NCBI RefSeq assembly: GCF_000315625.1
Contig: NW_005434632.1
Coordinates: 394,909-458,908 of the forward strand
Reading direction: 5' to 3'
Length of the DNA stretch: 64,000 nt
Source: Guillardia theta CCMP2712
Lineage: Eukaryota; Protista; Cryptophyta
The notes beneath the pieces are model-generated. The model did no database searches, had not been told where the DNA came from, and saw nothing but the letters and a program-made list of their open reading frames with translations. Both the position numbers and the translations under genes were made by a program. Shown here one piece after another: positions 22,678 through 34,839 of the stretch (position 1 is its first letter; every line of letters begins with the position of its first letter).

Positions 22678-23477
22678 GCGATGGCCTGTACTCTACATAC
22701 TTGTCAAGACTTGCTAGACTTAAGTCGCGTTCACAGCCTTGGCAGTGCTGTTGGTGGGGACTGTAACTTTGAAAAGTGTCAAATAAAGTTTAGGGCTCAC
22801 TATCACTTCCAATCATTACCTGTAGCATATCCAAGATGCCTTGAGGTTAGAAAGATCGTGAACAGGACAAGTCAGCGTGATTGCACACTGAAAAAAACAT
22901 CCTCTTTACCTCATCACATGCCCATGAACATGTCGCAGTGGAACTTTCACCTGATCCAACACTTTACAATCCCTTCCATCTCGGAAACTGTTTGTATACC
23001 GTCTCGAGCTCATTGTCCCCCTTCATCACACAGAAGGCAACAAACATAAGTGCCAAAATTCCGATCGCGATGATGGTAAAAGCTGCCCATCGTCAAGCCA
23101 CGATTGAAAAACTTCTTTGTTATGGTGACTTCACCGCAACGGGACGCGCGGTGGATCAATTTCATGTTATCATTCTCATAATCTTCTTCGTCCGATCTTC
23201 CGACGGCCTGATATTCTCTGGAAGAGGTCACAAGTTACAAGGACTTCGTTCAGTGCAGCAAACAACGACATGCTGGCAATGGAAAAAAATGCTCTCTCAC
23301 CTGCTGCTGCGATTGTTCAATCTTCGACGGGAGCCAGGTTCCAACATGTCAATACAATACAATCCTCCTGGAAAGCGGCTGCAAGAACATCGGCGTGAGT
23401 GCTCAGAAGCTCAAAAAGAAACCCGAACAAGCTGTCAGCTGACACGGAGCTTCCCCTTCATCGCACCACTATCAGTC

Positions 23478-23672
23478 CTTCTGCTCCTTCTGCTCCTTCT
23501 GCTCCTTCTCCCTTCTTCTCCTTCTCCTTCTCCTTCTCCTTCTCCTTCCCTTCTCCTTCTCCTTCTCCTTCTCCTTCTCCTTCTCCTTCTCCTTCTCCTT
23601 CTCCTTCTCCTTCTCCTTCTCCTTCTCCTTCTCCTTCTCCTTCTCCTTCTCCTTCTCCTTCTCCTGCTCCTC
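23478..23672 (+). repeat. (CCTTCT)n hexanucleotide microsatellite
   Basis: Directly visible. Generates spurious poly-L, poly-R and SP ORFs. Confidence 0.97.
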
Positions 23673-23895
23673 CTAATCAATACCGCCATCAAGCCTCGAG
23701 CCCTCTCTTGAGCTACGGTAGCATGCAGACGCTCTGTAATGAGTTGATGTGTCTTTGACTGGAAACCATGGGGGTCGTTTTCACTGGGGATCGTGGGGTA
23801 TCCAATTGATTGGGGGTAGAGGACCCAACGTGCTTTGAAGGCATCAGTGATTAGGGAGATTTAGGGGTAGGGGTGGAGAAGGAGGAATCGGGACA

Positions 23896-25194
23896 ATGGC
23901 ATCGAGGCTAGCGCTGCTCAGAAGGATGGAGGAGCTGCGATGGCGGGAAGTTCATGAGCGGGACGAGGCAGACAAGCAGAACTTGGCCATCCTGAAGAGA
24001 GAAGTGCAGGCGGATGGAGATGGAACGGATGGGATGAAGGAGAAATCCGAGGACCTGTTGTTGAGGCTATTTTCGGTGCAAAGTTTGAGGACGTACATGC
24101 CGCACTGGCTCTTCTCTGACAGCAAAGAGTCGGTGAAGGGATGGAAGGAGAGGATTGTAGAAGAGTCGGACGAGCTCCTCAAGCTCGTAAACAGAAAGTT
24201 CCGCCCAGATTTCATGTTGCTAGGATCCAGCAAATGTGGCACCAGCTCAGTCATCCGATACCTCCTTGCCGTCCCCGAGGTCTCCCTCGCTAGCCGGGTG
24301 GGGATGATAGAAACTCAAGAGGAGATCCAAGACGTCTCGGACGAGGGGAACTTCGATCCTCTGGAAACTCACATCTTCGACCAGAAGGTGGAGTTCTCCC
24401 CGGTTGAACTAATGAGGGCACAGTGCATAGCATATTCATCGAGGCTACAGGAAGGGCAAGGGGCGAGCGCCAGCATGCTGGCACACTACACTCCTCACTA
24501 CATCTACCATCCGATGACTCCTTACAACCTTGAGCGCCTCTTCGGCTCCGAACACAACATCAGGTTTCTCGTGATGCTGCGGGAGCCAGTGGCGCGAGCG
24601 GTGTCGAGCTATTACTTCAAGGTGAAGACGGAGAGGGAGTCGAGGACTCTCGCAGAAGCCATAAGTGCCGGGATCCAATATCACACCAACATGCGCCACA
24701 AGATCGTCTCTGAGTGTGGCCTGGACCATGATGCAGAGGTCGTCTGCCTCGAGGACGCCGAACCGGCGCTGGGCAGGGAGGAGATGGTTCAGAAGTTGAA
24801 GGAGATCTACATCGACAAGACCCTTCCCGACTGTCCTCCTCTCCACGATCCCAACCTCTTCAACGATCATGTCGGCAAGGGCGTGTACCACGAGCAGCTA
24901 CGTCGATGGATGCACATATTCCCAAAGGAGAGATTCTATGTTTGTACCCTGGAAGAGTTCTCCCAGGACCCCGTGGGAAAGCTGTCGGAGATGCTGTCGC
25001 ACATCGGGATGAGTGAGGAGGACATCAGGAAATCTCGTTCTGTCCTGGAGCAGACCGTGCAGAAGAAGTGGAACGTTACACAATCGTCTTCCTCCAGCGC
25101 TGACCAAGAAGTGCTGGAGCAGCTCAAGGCTTTCTATGCGCCGCACAACGAGAAATTATTCCAACTCTTGGGGAGGAGATTATGGGGGATGTAA
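23896..25194 (+). CDS. Intronless sulfotransferase (heparan-sulfate 3-O/N-sulfotransferase-like fold)
   Basis: 5'-PSB loop PDFMLLGSSKCGTSS, 3'-PB motif LREPVARAVSSY, GVYHEQLRRW..FP, and C-terminal FYAPHNEKLFQLLG. Confidence 0.92.
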   Translation: MASRLALLRRMEELRWREVHERDEADKQNLAILKREVQADGDGTDGMKEKSEDLLLRLFSVQSLRTYMPHWLFSDSKESVKGWKERIVEESDELLKLVNRKFRPDFMLLGSSKCGTSSVIRYLLAVPEVSLASRVGMIETQEEIQDVSDEGNFDPLETHIFDQKVEFSPVELMRAQCIAYSSRLQEGQGASASMLAHYTPHYIYHPMTPYNLERLFGSEHNIRFLVMLREPVARAVSSYYFKVKTERESRTLAEAISAGIQYHTNMRHKIVSECGLDHDAEVVCLEDAEPALGREEMVQKLKEIYIDKTLPDCPPLHDPNLFNDHVGKGVYHEQLRRWMHIFPKERFYVCTLEEFSQDPVGKLSEMLSHIGMSEEDIRKSRSVLEQTVQKKWNVTQSSSSSADQEVLEQLKAFYAPHNEKLFQLLGRRLWGM

Positions 25195-25299
25195 TGAATG
25201 TAGGAAACTCTCCATCCAAAATTCTCCATGCTTCACATTGCATTTGGGACTTGGCGCTAGTTCATTCAAAAACTGATCTTCAAATTTGCGCCTGTAAAT

Positions 25300-26521
25300 G
25301 ATACAGGAAAAACATGGGAACATGTGCGGACTCGATGTCGTCTTTCCGCGTTGAGATCGCCTTCATACATGCATCTTTTCTTCCTCTCCTAAAGCAGGAG
25401 TGTCCTTCTGCGGAAGAATGTTAGATCTTTCTAGTGACTGCTTTGATGATTAGCGGCAGTACTTGCTTATCCGCTGTCTGAAGGGTTCCAACCTGTTGTT
25501 CAGACAAATAAGCGGTGGGAATCGACAAGAAACACAGAAAGGAGAATGAAATATGAGTTACAGGTATCTGACGAGGCCATCACTTACCACTTTCTGTATT
25601 GCGCTGATACCCCCAACCGCTTCCTGTTGAGCTCAAGATTACTGACTTGACACCCTGCTGGCTGATTTACTCACCCTTCCAAGGAGGTTCGACTGAATCA
25701 TCTGTGGAACAGACTGATTGTACAAACGCCAATCAGTGAAATTTCCTGTTGTTACAAATTGGACTACCTTCAAGCTCCTCGCTGTCTTCCTCGTTGAGCG
25801 AACAACCAAAGCCTCCAGATCTCGTGTTGTTTGATACTGTGCAAGTCCACATCAGCAATCAGCAAAATTGACAGGTAGCAGCAGGACTGATGCAAGTAAT
25901 ATCGGGGAAGAGAATCATGCGATGTCTGCACAGCAAGGAGAGCAAGACGCATACCTTCCTCATCACCCCTGACACCGTTGGAGTCACAGCTAAAGTGAAT
26001 CCAAGACGAGCTGGACCAATGATCTCCAGCGCAGCGATGGAAAGCTGAAACCGTACAAGACCTGCGGCGCTTGACTCATCTATGTCATCCTTGAAGCATC
26101 GTTCAGCATCATGGCAGAAGAAGCACACGCAGGATCAAACCTTGATGCTCTCTGGAAGAAAGGACAAGACAGTCTTGATATCAACATTCGACAAAAGCGC
26201 ATACCCCATCACCAAACACGTCACCCAAACCGTTGTGTGGATAAGCACCGCCGCGAACCCATAATCCCTGATTGTCTGCTTCAGCCTTGATGCAGCATCT
26301 CCTCCGAGCGCTTTCAAGGATGTCAATCCACTCCCCTTTGTGTTAGCTTGCCTCAACCATCTGTTGCTCTGGATTGAGGTGATATGCTTGCGCTGGGTTG
26401 CACCGATTGCAAGCGGCCCACTCCACGCGCTGGCAGGGGCGAAACCTTGCACTTCGACCAGCACCAAGAGCAGAAACAACATGTTGAACAAATATTTCGC
26501 ATTCCCCAAGAACGAAAGCAT
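25300..26521 (-). CDS. DUF1279/FAM210-like membrane protein with bipartite plastid-targeting leader
   Basis: Signal peptide ending VQG|FAP. Core LKQTIRDYGFAAVLIH..GYALLSNVDI..EIIGPARLGFTLAVTP. 3' exons approximate. Confidence 0.75.
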
Positions 26522-27622
26522 CTTCACAGCCTGTTTTTCCAGCTGTGCTGAAAGAAAAACGCACAACAATCTCAGGCGGCGAGCGAGATGGCAGAAGGTG
26601 GGATGGCCTGCAGGAAAGTCCAAAGAGAAGGGGTAGTGTAGAACCAACACCGAGGCGATCAAAGAAAGATGTTGATATCACAAAACTGCAGTTGCCTTCT
26701 TCGCTCTCTCCGTCAGCCGCTCATCTGCACTGTCCTACCCACCATTCTGCCATGGTGCACACCTACAAGAACAGAGAATTTCCGCCGCAACTCTCCATAA
26801 AGCTAGTGATTTGGATCCATCAAATATTGAATGTCAAAATTTGAAACTTGATGAAGATATTATTTCTTACTTAAAAACTATTTCAATTTGCAAACATTGG
26901 ATACCCCCGCAGAGATTAGTTTTCGGGTCTTAAGTCGACTATGCCTCAGATGGACCCCTTCAAGGTATAGTGACGGATGAGGTAGAGGTACCGAGTCAGG
27001 GGTGGGTGGGTATACCTTCCCCGCATTTCCGTCCATTTTTGAGAATGAATCTAGGGTAGGGGTCATGCAAACCACCTGTTGTGGGGTGGGGTGTTTTTGT
27101 TTGGAAGAATTCATAGTAGTTGTGGTGTACGGGTACTTTGATACTTGAATAGAGGGGTGGGGGGTGTGGCGGGGGCCGCTAGAATGTTTCAGATCTGACG
27201 ATGTGGTCTGCCAGCTGACCTGGCACACTCGCATCAAATAAATAACGAGGTTGTAACGGTCTATAATTGCAGGAATAATGATGTGCAAGGCCTGGTCAAC
27301 CAGCTAGGCGAGATAAGGAAAAATGGCCTGGAGCCGTTGCCCTAGGAGGGTAAGAGGAGGAGGAGGAGAGGAGAATGACTGAGGCCAGAGGACGGGAAGC
27401 AAAAGCGATTCGCTGAGTTGAAAGCATGGAGTGAGACGATGAAGATCGAGGGAAGATGAAGAGATGGTGAGAGGGGAAGGGAATCGACAACATTGTGCGA
27501 TGGGGAGGATGAGGGAGGAAGTGGGTTCATTTCTTGATCTGTCAGCGGAATCCTTGGAAGATTGTCAGACGAGCATCCATCTCAACCGTACGAAGAACTT
27601 GCAAGGCAAGTCAATATAGGGC

Positions 27623-30600
27623 ATGCGTGCTGCTCAGGCACGGCTGCTGATAGCGGTTGTGTTGCAATCGGCGACGGCTCTGGCCATCAACCTCTATGTC
27701 TCGATCACCGGCGACGACGTAAAGGGGGATGGCACCCTCCACCTTCCCTACAAGACCATCCAAGGAGCGATCGACGCATCCTGGGATCTAGACGTCATCG
27801 TGCTGCTGGATGGCCATCATGTGAGCGACAAGGAGATCAGGTTCAGGGGCAGGAAGCTGACTGTACGCGGTGACTCCCCTCCTGTCACAAGATATGGCAG
27901 CTGCTGGCCTGTCATGACAGCAGATCCACTCGTTCCCACCCTCTCACGCTGCAACATCAGCTCCTTCCCGCAGACATGGTCCCAACGGCAGTACAACGAC
28001 TTCATGGAGGTGGGCCAGGAGACGACTGTCCAATGGTTCCCTCCGTCTCACGCAGACCCGGCCATGGCTGACCCTGCATACCATGCTGTGCTGAGCTATG
28101 ATCTTGGTGTGCGCGATCCCTCCAACCCTCCTCGCTCCTGCTCGGGCTCGATCTCAGCCGGGAGCAGGTGGAGCTGTGGTTTGATGGGATGCAAGTATAA
28201 TTTTTCCGGGTCGGGGGACGAGCAAGCCGCGATCAACAGCGCTGTGAGGATCGTGGGAGCAAGATTCATCTTCCTAGAGGGAGACGAAGTGATTCTGAGG
28301 GATCTTGACATCAGGGGACAGGACGAGAACTTTGCTACTGCTTCTGCGATCGAAGGGGGGTGCTTGTTCTCTACAGGAAGGAACAATATCACCGTGGTTG
28401 ACTCGGTCTTATCCTCTTGCTCCTCGAAGCTCAGCGGAGGAGCGGCGAGCATAGGCTTCGAGTCCAAGATGACTTTCCGTGGAGTTCGCTTTCTGAACAA
28501 CTCAGCGAGGAACGGAGGAGCCATGTCGTTCAAGATGCGGTCGACGGTCCTTTGCAGCCACTGCGAGTTTTCCGGCAACTTGGCGGAGAAGGGAGGAGGC
28601 ATTTACGTCGACGATGTTTCCTCCCCTCAGTTTGAATCCTGCGACTTCTACTCGAACACTGGAACGTACGGGGGAGCGATCTATGCAGGAGGGAGGTCCT
28701 CGCCGGCCGTGGTAGACTCCGCGTTTGTTCACAACTCAGCGCTGGATGGAGCAGTTATCTATGCTGGAAACATGGCGATCATTGACACGGCCAACTGCAC
28801 GTTTCAGAACAACTCGGCTGAGAGGTATGGAGGCGTCGCCGTGCTGGAGCAGGTAAGGGTGCTGAGGGGAGTGAAGTTGGAATGAGGGAGGACGGCAGGG
28901 AGGGTCGCTGTGGTCAAGGGGGGACGCCATGTTCTTCAATTTCGCCAGCAGAGCAGGAGCAGCGATCTACTCCAAGAATGCAGACCCGAACAGATGGCGT
29001 GACTCGTATCAAGTGCAGAACAGATTCAACCTCCTCTCCCTCCACGACGACAACTTCCTACTCAATACAGCGGCCATCTTCGCCGGCCAGGTCTACCCCA
29101 AGGTGAAGCCGAGCGGCCAGTCTGCTATATCAACCGCCATGTGAAGTTTAGTCTCAGGCCTTGTCCGATGCTGTCTTCTCTAGTTCTAATGGGAACAAGA
29201 TCTGCAACGGTCGCGGGTCCCTCGACGAGAACCTCGAGTGCCTCTGCCGCCTGCCTTACACAGGCGTCAACTGCGAGGTTCAGTGTAAAGGGCTGCTGCT
29301 CCTCGACAGCTGGAATGGTATCTGTTAAGTTCTGCTCTTTGCTCCCACATGCTGATTGGTCTTGCTTTCAGGGACGTCCAACGCTTCATCAGGTACGTGT
29401 GGAGCTGCAGTTGAAGTTGCTCTAGCTCAATGTGTGAAAGGGAACCATACTGCGAACGCAACTTCTACTGTTGTGTGCTCGGGCCATGGGACCTGTCTAG
29501 TCGGCTCTGCTGTGTTCGACACCGAATGTAGATGGTTTGGGGGCAGGAGGTCAGCTGAATTGACTTGGCTAAAAGTGTTTGGTAGAGAATTCATTATCTC
29601 ACTTGCCCTTCTTCCTTCAGATGGTTTTGTTCCAAACTGCTGTCGCTCCTTGCTCATGTGAGTTCGGATATCTCGGCAGGTATATCTCCTCCCCTCCTCC
29701 TCTGCCCTGCTCTCCTGCTCTCCTCCTCTCCTTGCTTCATTCTCTAGTTCCTTCTTCTCCTTCTCCTTTCCTCCCCTCCTTTCCTTCCACATTTCTGCCC
29801 GTTTTCTGACACCTCGTCCAGCGATTGCTCGCAGAAATGCCCGGGTACAACTCAGTCTTCCGTCTGCTCCGGCCATGGGGACTGTTTCCTTGAGAACGGC
29901 ACCGCTACCTGCTCTTGTTTCTTCGGGTCTGCCTGCCTTGCCTGCCTTGCCTGCCCTGCCTGAAGCTCGAGATGCCAAGGTGGGGAGGAGAAGAATGTGA
30001 CGAGATTCGTCTGTACGTGCTGGGGACAGGAGGCAACCAATCGAGGTTGAATCGAGTGATCCGCCTCGGGGACAAGGTAGGAGGGAGGAGGGAGGAGGGA
30101 GGAGGGAGGAGGGAGGAGGGAGGAGTGAGGAGGGAGGGAGAGGTTTGATTTGGGAGAGGAGGTTGGAAGAGGGTGGAAGGAAGTAGAACGTGTTTGCGGA
30201 AAACATGGGAAGTGGAGTGGGGGAGGATGGGATCGGAGGGGGGGGGGGCACAGGAGGAAGGGACTGGAAAAAAGAGCGGGCCATGAAGGGAGGAAGGAGG
30301 AGAGTAGACTGATTTATCCTCTAGATGCTTGCCAATAACAGGGAGAGTGGCCTGCACCTTCTAGTGCTCAATCGAACAGACTTGACGGTCGTGTGGGACT
30401 ACAGCTACGAAGTGATGAAGTTCGAGTATCCAGCCAGCCAGTACTCTTCCGAGGTAGCGTTGGAGGAAGAGAGGGAGTGGGAGTTGTTGGAAGGAGAGGA
30501 GTGGAGAGAAAGGAAGGACAGTGCAGATGAGGAAAGGAGAGGAGCGAAGGAGAGAAGAGCAGAGGATGACAGCAAAGGAGAGGAGAGGAGGGGCGAGGAG

Positions 30601-32650
30601 GAAAGCGGAGGCATGAAAATGAAAGAGGAGAGGAGAGGAAAGGAGAGGAGAGGGGAGGGGAGAGGAGGAGAGGAGAGAAGGGGGGCGGAGCGGAGATGCA
30701 GTCCTGATGGCAGCTGGCAGAGATTTTATCTCTTCGGGGGCAATGATGGAACCATCAACGTTGCAACTGGGATCGCCGAGGATGGAACCTGCGGCTCACT
30801 CAACAGCAGCACGGACGGCGTTCTCACCCGAAACCCACAGGTCTCCTCCTACTACTTTGGGGAGGGGGAGGCGAACAGGATGGCAAGGGACTTGAGCCTC
30901 TTCGACGCTCGCCATCTCGCCATCGTCTCCTCTTTCTTCGCATGGGAGAACCACACCAACCCCGCATTGTTGCAGGTCTGACTCCCGTCTTGCCGCTGCT
31001 TCTCCTGCAGAGCCCAGGGCCGAGCCTCCTCGTCTTCTCTGACGTCGGCACAGGCGCTGAAGAGGATCGGAGGGCCGGACCTCGAGCCCTTCGTACAGGA
31101 CAAGCAAGGCAGCGGCCACGCTCTGATCATTGTTGGCATCCCGGACTCAGGAGAAGGGAACGGGACGTTCATGCTCAGCCCGCCGCCTGATCCTGCTGCT
31201 GGCTACGCGACGAGCGTGGCGGAAGTGGAGGTCAACCTTAAGTCGAGAGTTGAAGTGAGGACCACTGTGAAGAGCAGGAGGAGGGGAGGGAGGTGGGAAG
31301 GAAGGGGGGGGAAGAAGTTGAGATGAGGCTCGTGAACCTGATGTTGTTGTTAAATCAGGATGGGAAGGGTTAAAACATGGTATATTGGAGGGGTGGTTTA
31401 AGGAAAAAGAGAGGGAGGAAGAAGGGAGGAGGAGGAGGCTCTCATCGGGGAGGGGTTTTGACATGGAAGAGCAGGAGGAAGCTGTGCTGTGGTGCGGGGC
31501 TCGAGTGTACGAGCATGGCGTCGACGTCTCACACCTAGTGGGAACGGCCTGCGTTAGGGACGGCCAAGTGGTGGCGAACTTTGAGGATGGTGCGGATGGA
31601 ATCATAGGAGGAGGGCTGGCGGTTGAGCCGGTGAAGACGATCAGGACAGAGACGGTGAGGAACGAGACCGGAGGACAAGTTGCCCGATGGTTCGTCGTGG
31701 CCCGGGCACCTCCCGACACTCCGAGGGTGAGGAAGCGACAGGCGAAGCATCGTCGTCGATGCAGCAACTGACACTGATCGCAGCTTGAAGCATGGGATCT
31801 CCTCTCAGACTTCGACCTTTCCTCCGGGCCAAGTCCCCTCCTCCTCTCCTCTTCAACCATCGTGCAGGTGATCGGTGCTGTACCTTGCTTCCTCCTCCTC
31901 ACTCGCCTCCCTGGCTCGCCACCAGCCATGCTGCAACAGGAGCGTGCGATGGAACCATGGTGGCTGTCGCAAGGGCCGCACGGTCAGCCGCTCCCCACAG
32001 ACGTTGGAGGGAGAGATCCTAGTGTGCGAGCAGTCGGGGTGGCTGCTGGAGGATGGAAGCACGTGGCCCGGTCACTTCGGCAACTTGGACTTGGCCGGGC
32101 CCTTCGGAGACTCACTGAACCGCAACGAGGACGACCTGATCGCTTCACAGCCTGACCCCCTCCGTGGGGTGAGATGAACCTGCTTGCCGCTGATCTCCCG
32201 GCTGCTCCTGCTTTTCTTCCTCCTGCCCCTGCTCGTCCTGCTCTCGTTAACCACCTGCATGCTCTTCCTACGGCGATCTGCCTTCCGCTTTGAAAAACTG
32301 CCATCCTCCTCCTCCTCCTCCTCCTCTTCATCTTCCTCACTTCCTTGTGCATGCAGGCCTACACACCCTACGACTACCAGCCCGGGCACAGGAACACGCC
32401 CTTCACAGAGGAGGACATCGTGCCGCAGCTCCAGGAGCAGCTCCCCCCGCGCGGCCTGCAGGACCTTTACAGCTCCTTCCTCGAGGTGCCGACCCCCACT
32501 CCAGTCTTCAAGGAGTGTGAGGTGGGGGTGAACGAATGCGAGCAGAGAAGCGTGCTGGACCCTGCGGTCCTGAACGAGTGCTCTCTCGGCCAGTGCAACG
32601 TCGACACAGGATGGGAGGCCTCGCAGCGATGGCAGAAGCCTCTCAGTTAG
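27623..32650 (+). CDS. Large secreted/surface protein: GGA(I/M)-FxxN beta-helix repeats, EGF-like repeats, ILEI/PANDER-like domain
   Basis: Signal peptide; LYVSITGDD..GDGT..PYKTIQ.AID cap; FLNNSARNGGAM, FSGNLAEKGGGI and FYSNTGTYGGAI repeats; CSGHGxC..CxC..G EGF units; GLHLLVLNRTDLTVVWDYSYE..RMARDL. Many exons. Confidence 0.75.
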
Positions 32651-33002
32651 TTCACCTCTCGGTCTCAGTACGGATCCACTTGTCATAGTATCGGTCATTG
32701 TTAATCAGTGTAAACTTTGAAAGCCAGTCATGTTTAGTTTTACTAGGCTATCAGCCTACGGCGGGCCAGACTCTGGTCACCCCGTGACAGCCGCGCTGAG
32801 CACTCAGTGCCCTGGCAGTGTCACTGTACGGTTCGGGCTCCGGGCCTATTCGGAGTCCCGGCCGCCGTGCGCCGGCCCTGACGGTGACTCAGCAGGGCTC
32901 CTGTCTGATGAGACTCCTGAGAAGTGTTGTAGCCTCATCCCCCCACACACCAAATGCTCATAACCTGCTCGAGTCGCAATGGTGCGAAGGGGCAGTAGAG
33001 CC

Positions 33003-34130
33003 ATGGCGTCAGGGCTGACGGTGATGGTGCTTGTGATCGCGGCGGTGATGATGGCGAAGATGGTGAATATGAGCCGGAGCATGATGCCGAGCGTGCTCTC
33101 ATCCAAGGGGGACGCGCAGAAGCGGACGGCTCTCGCGTCAAGGTGAGGAATGGAGCAAGTGGAGAACATGTAGATAAGAGTGAGGATGGTGGAGGGTTCA
33201 ACCCTCCTCTTGGATCTTTCAGGGATGGTCTAGGTCTTTGGTGACCTTGCATGCAGGTTCTCCGATGCTGTTGAAGCCGCAAAAGTCCTGCAGCAGAAGA
33301 ATGCGCTCGTTTCCCGGCATCGAAGGGGTCTTGCTGTTAGGGGAGATGCTAACGACAGGGCGCCTCAAGCTCAGCCACAGCCATCCAGCACACAGCACGT
33401 CACCTCTCCTCCTTCCTTCGTCCCAGGGAAGCACATCGTCGACATCGACGCCGGGGAGCTCGTTGCTGGCACCGACGTCACTTTCCATGACTTCAACGCA
33501 AGGGGGGCGGTGGGCCAACCGACTGCGCCCTCGGCCAGGGAGCAGTCGAACGACCGCAGGATGATCGGAACCGATGCCACGTTCCATGACTTCAACGCTC
33601 GTCGAGGAGGAGAGGCTTCTACTGCAGCAGCTGGTCCTTCAAAGGGTAATGCTTCCTTTCAATCAATTGCATCCAAAGGCCCCTCCCCCCCCCGGCCCCC
33701 CCCTCCTCCTCCTCTACTATACTTATCCGCTTCCAGCCAGTCTGGTTGCTGAAAGCTTATCTCCGCAGGCTACAGGAGCCATCGCGTCACTGAGGCGCAT
33801 CGGAGGCATCGGACGGCTCAGAAGTCGTTGGACGCCACGGACAAGAGACCACAGGTCTGTGCGACCCTCGACTGTGAGAGGAGTGACGAGCTTGCAGAGC
33901 ATGGATGCTCCCCAGACGATCAACGTGGCGAGCGGGTTGGGAGGAGGGGTGAGGAACAGGGAGGGGGAGGAGCAGGAGCTGTTGACGTTGGAACGTCAGG
34001 TCCCCAGCTCTATGTGGGTCACCCACCGTCGTGCACAACAAGTGAAGCAGGAGGGATCGCGAGTGGCGCAGAAGTCCAGGTGGAAGAGGAGTCGCTGCTG
34101 AGACTTTCTTCCTTACTTTCTAGCAGGAGG
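33003..34130 (+). CDS. Hypothetical protein with N-terminal hydrophobic anchor and duplicated DxTFHDFNAR motif
   Basis: MASGLTVMVLVIAAVMMAKMV start with GT-AG exons. Repeat gacgtcactttccatgacttcaacgc / gatgccacgttccatgacttcaacgc at ~33474 and ~33573. Confidence 0.45.
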
Positions 34131-34839
34131 CCTCAGGATGCGAGGGGAACACGTGTAGGCAGCAAGGCAGAAAGCCAACCAGGTTCCGGTCCATGTCGGA
34201 ATGGAATGATGTGATGAGCGATGAGAAATGACCTGTCGAGCTGTACTTGCTGTTGATAGTGATAGATGTGTCTGTCCATGACGTTGTCTTCCATCCAGCT
34301 CAACGACGCCTCACCATGCGAGACATGGAGGACAACGTTGGTGAGCGACTTTGTTTGTCATGATCGCTGGAATGACAGTACAACAGGGACAAACATTGTC
34401 TTTCATGGCGTTGTGAACGAGGTGAGGGAGGGGAAGGGAGGAGGATACGCCATGCCGACTGTGGGGCAGGGAGGAATCCTCGGAGCGAGGAGGAGGGGAA
34501 TTCGCTTCAACGACAGAGAAATGGTGAAACTTTCACTTGCGTTTTGATCGGTTGACCTGAATTTCAGTACTGAGAGCCAACTGTGGTTTGAAGACGGACT
34601 TGAAGCCAATACAAGCTGACCGCTCCCGTTCTGTATCGAGTATCATCAGAGGAGAATTAATTAAAATGGATCAAGATAAAATCTAGGAAACTTTATTTAC
34701 ATGTCGATCTCTCGTCAAACAAATATAGGTAACTCTACAGATTCCCCCCTTGTCGATGAGAGTCATTCTGCCACTGAAAAATATCTTTCTTCTCCGTCTC
34801 CTTCGTCGTCTATTTCTTTCATGTCGTATTTCCTACCAT

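Noticed and set aside
22881-23758. Poly-Leu, poly-Arg and SP-repeat ORFs; possible minus-strand gene 22750-23770
   Set aside because: The ORFs come from (CCTTCT)n. Splice-like signals hint at a small gene, but I could not assemble a credible protein.
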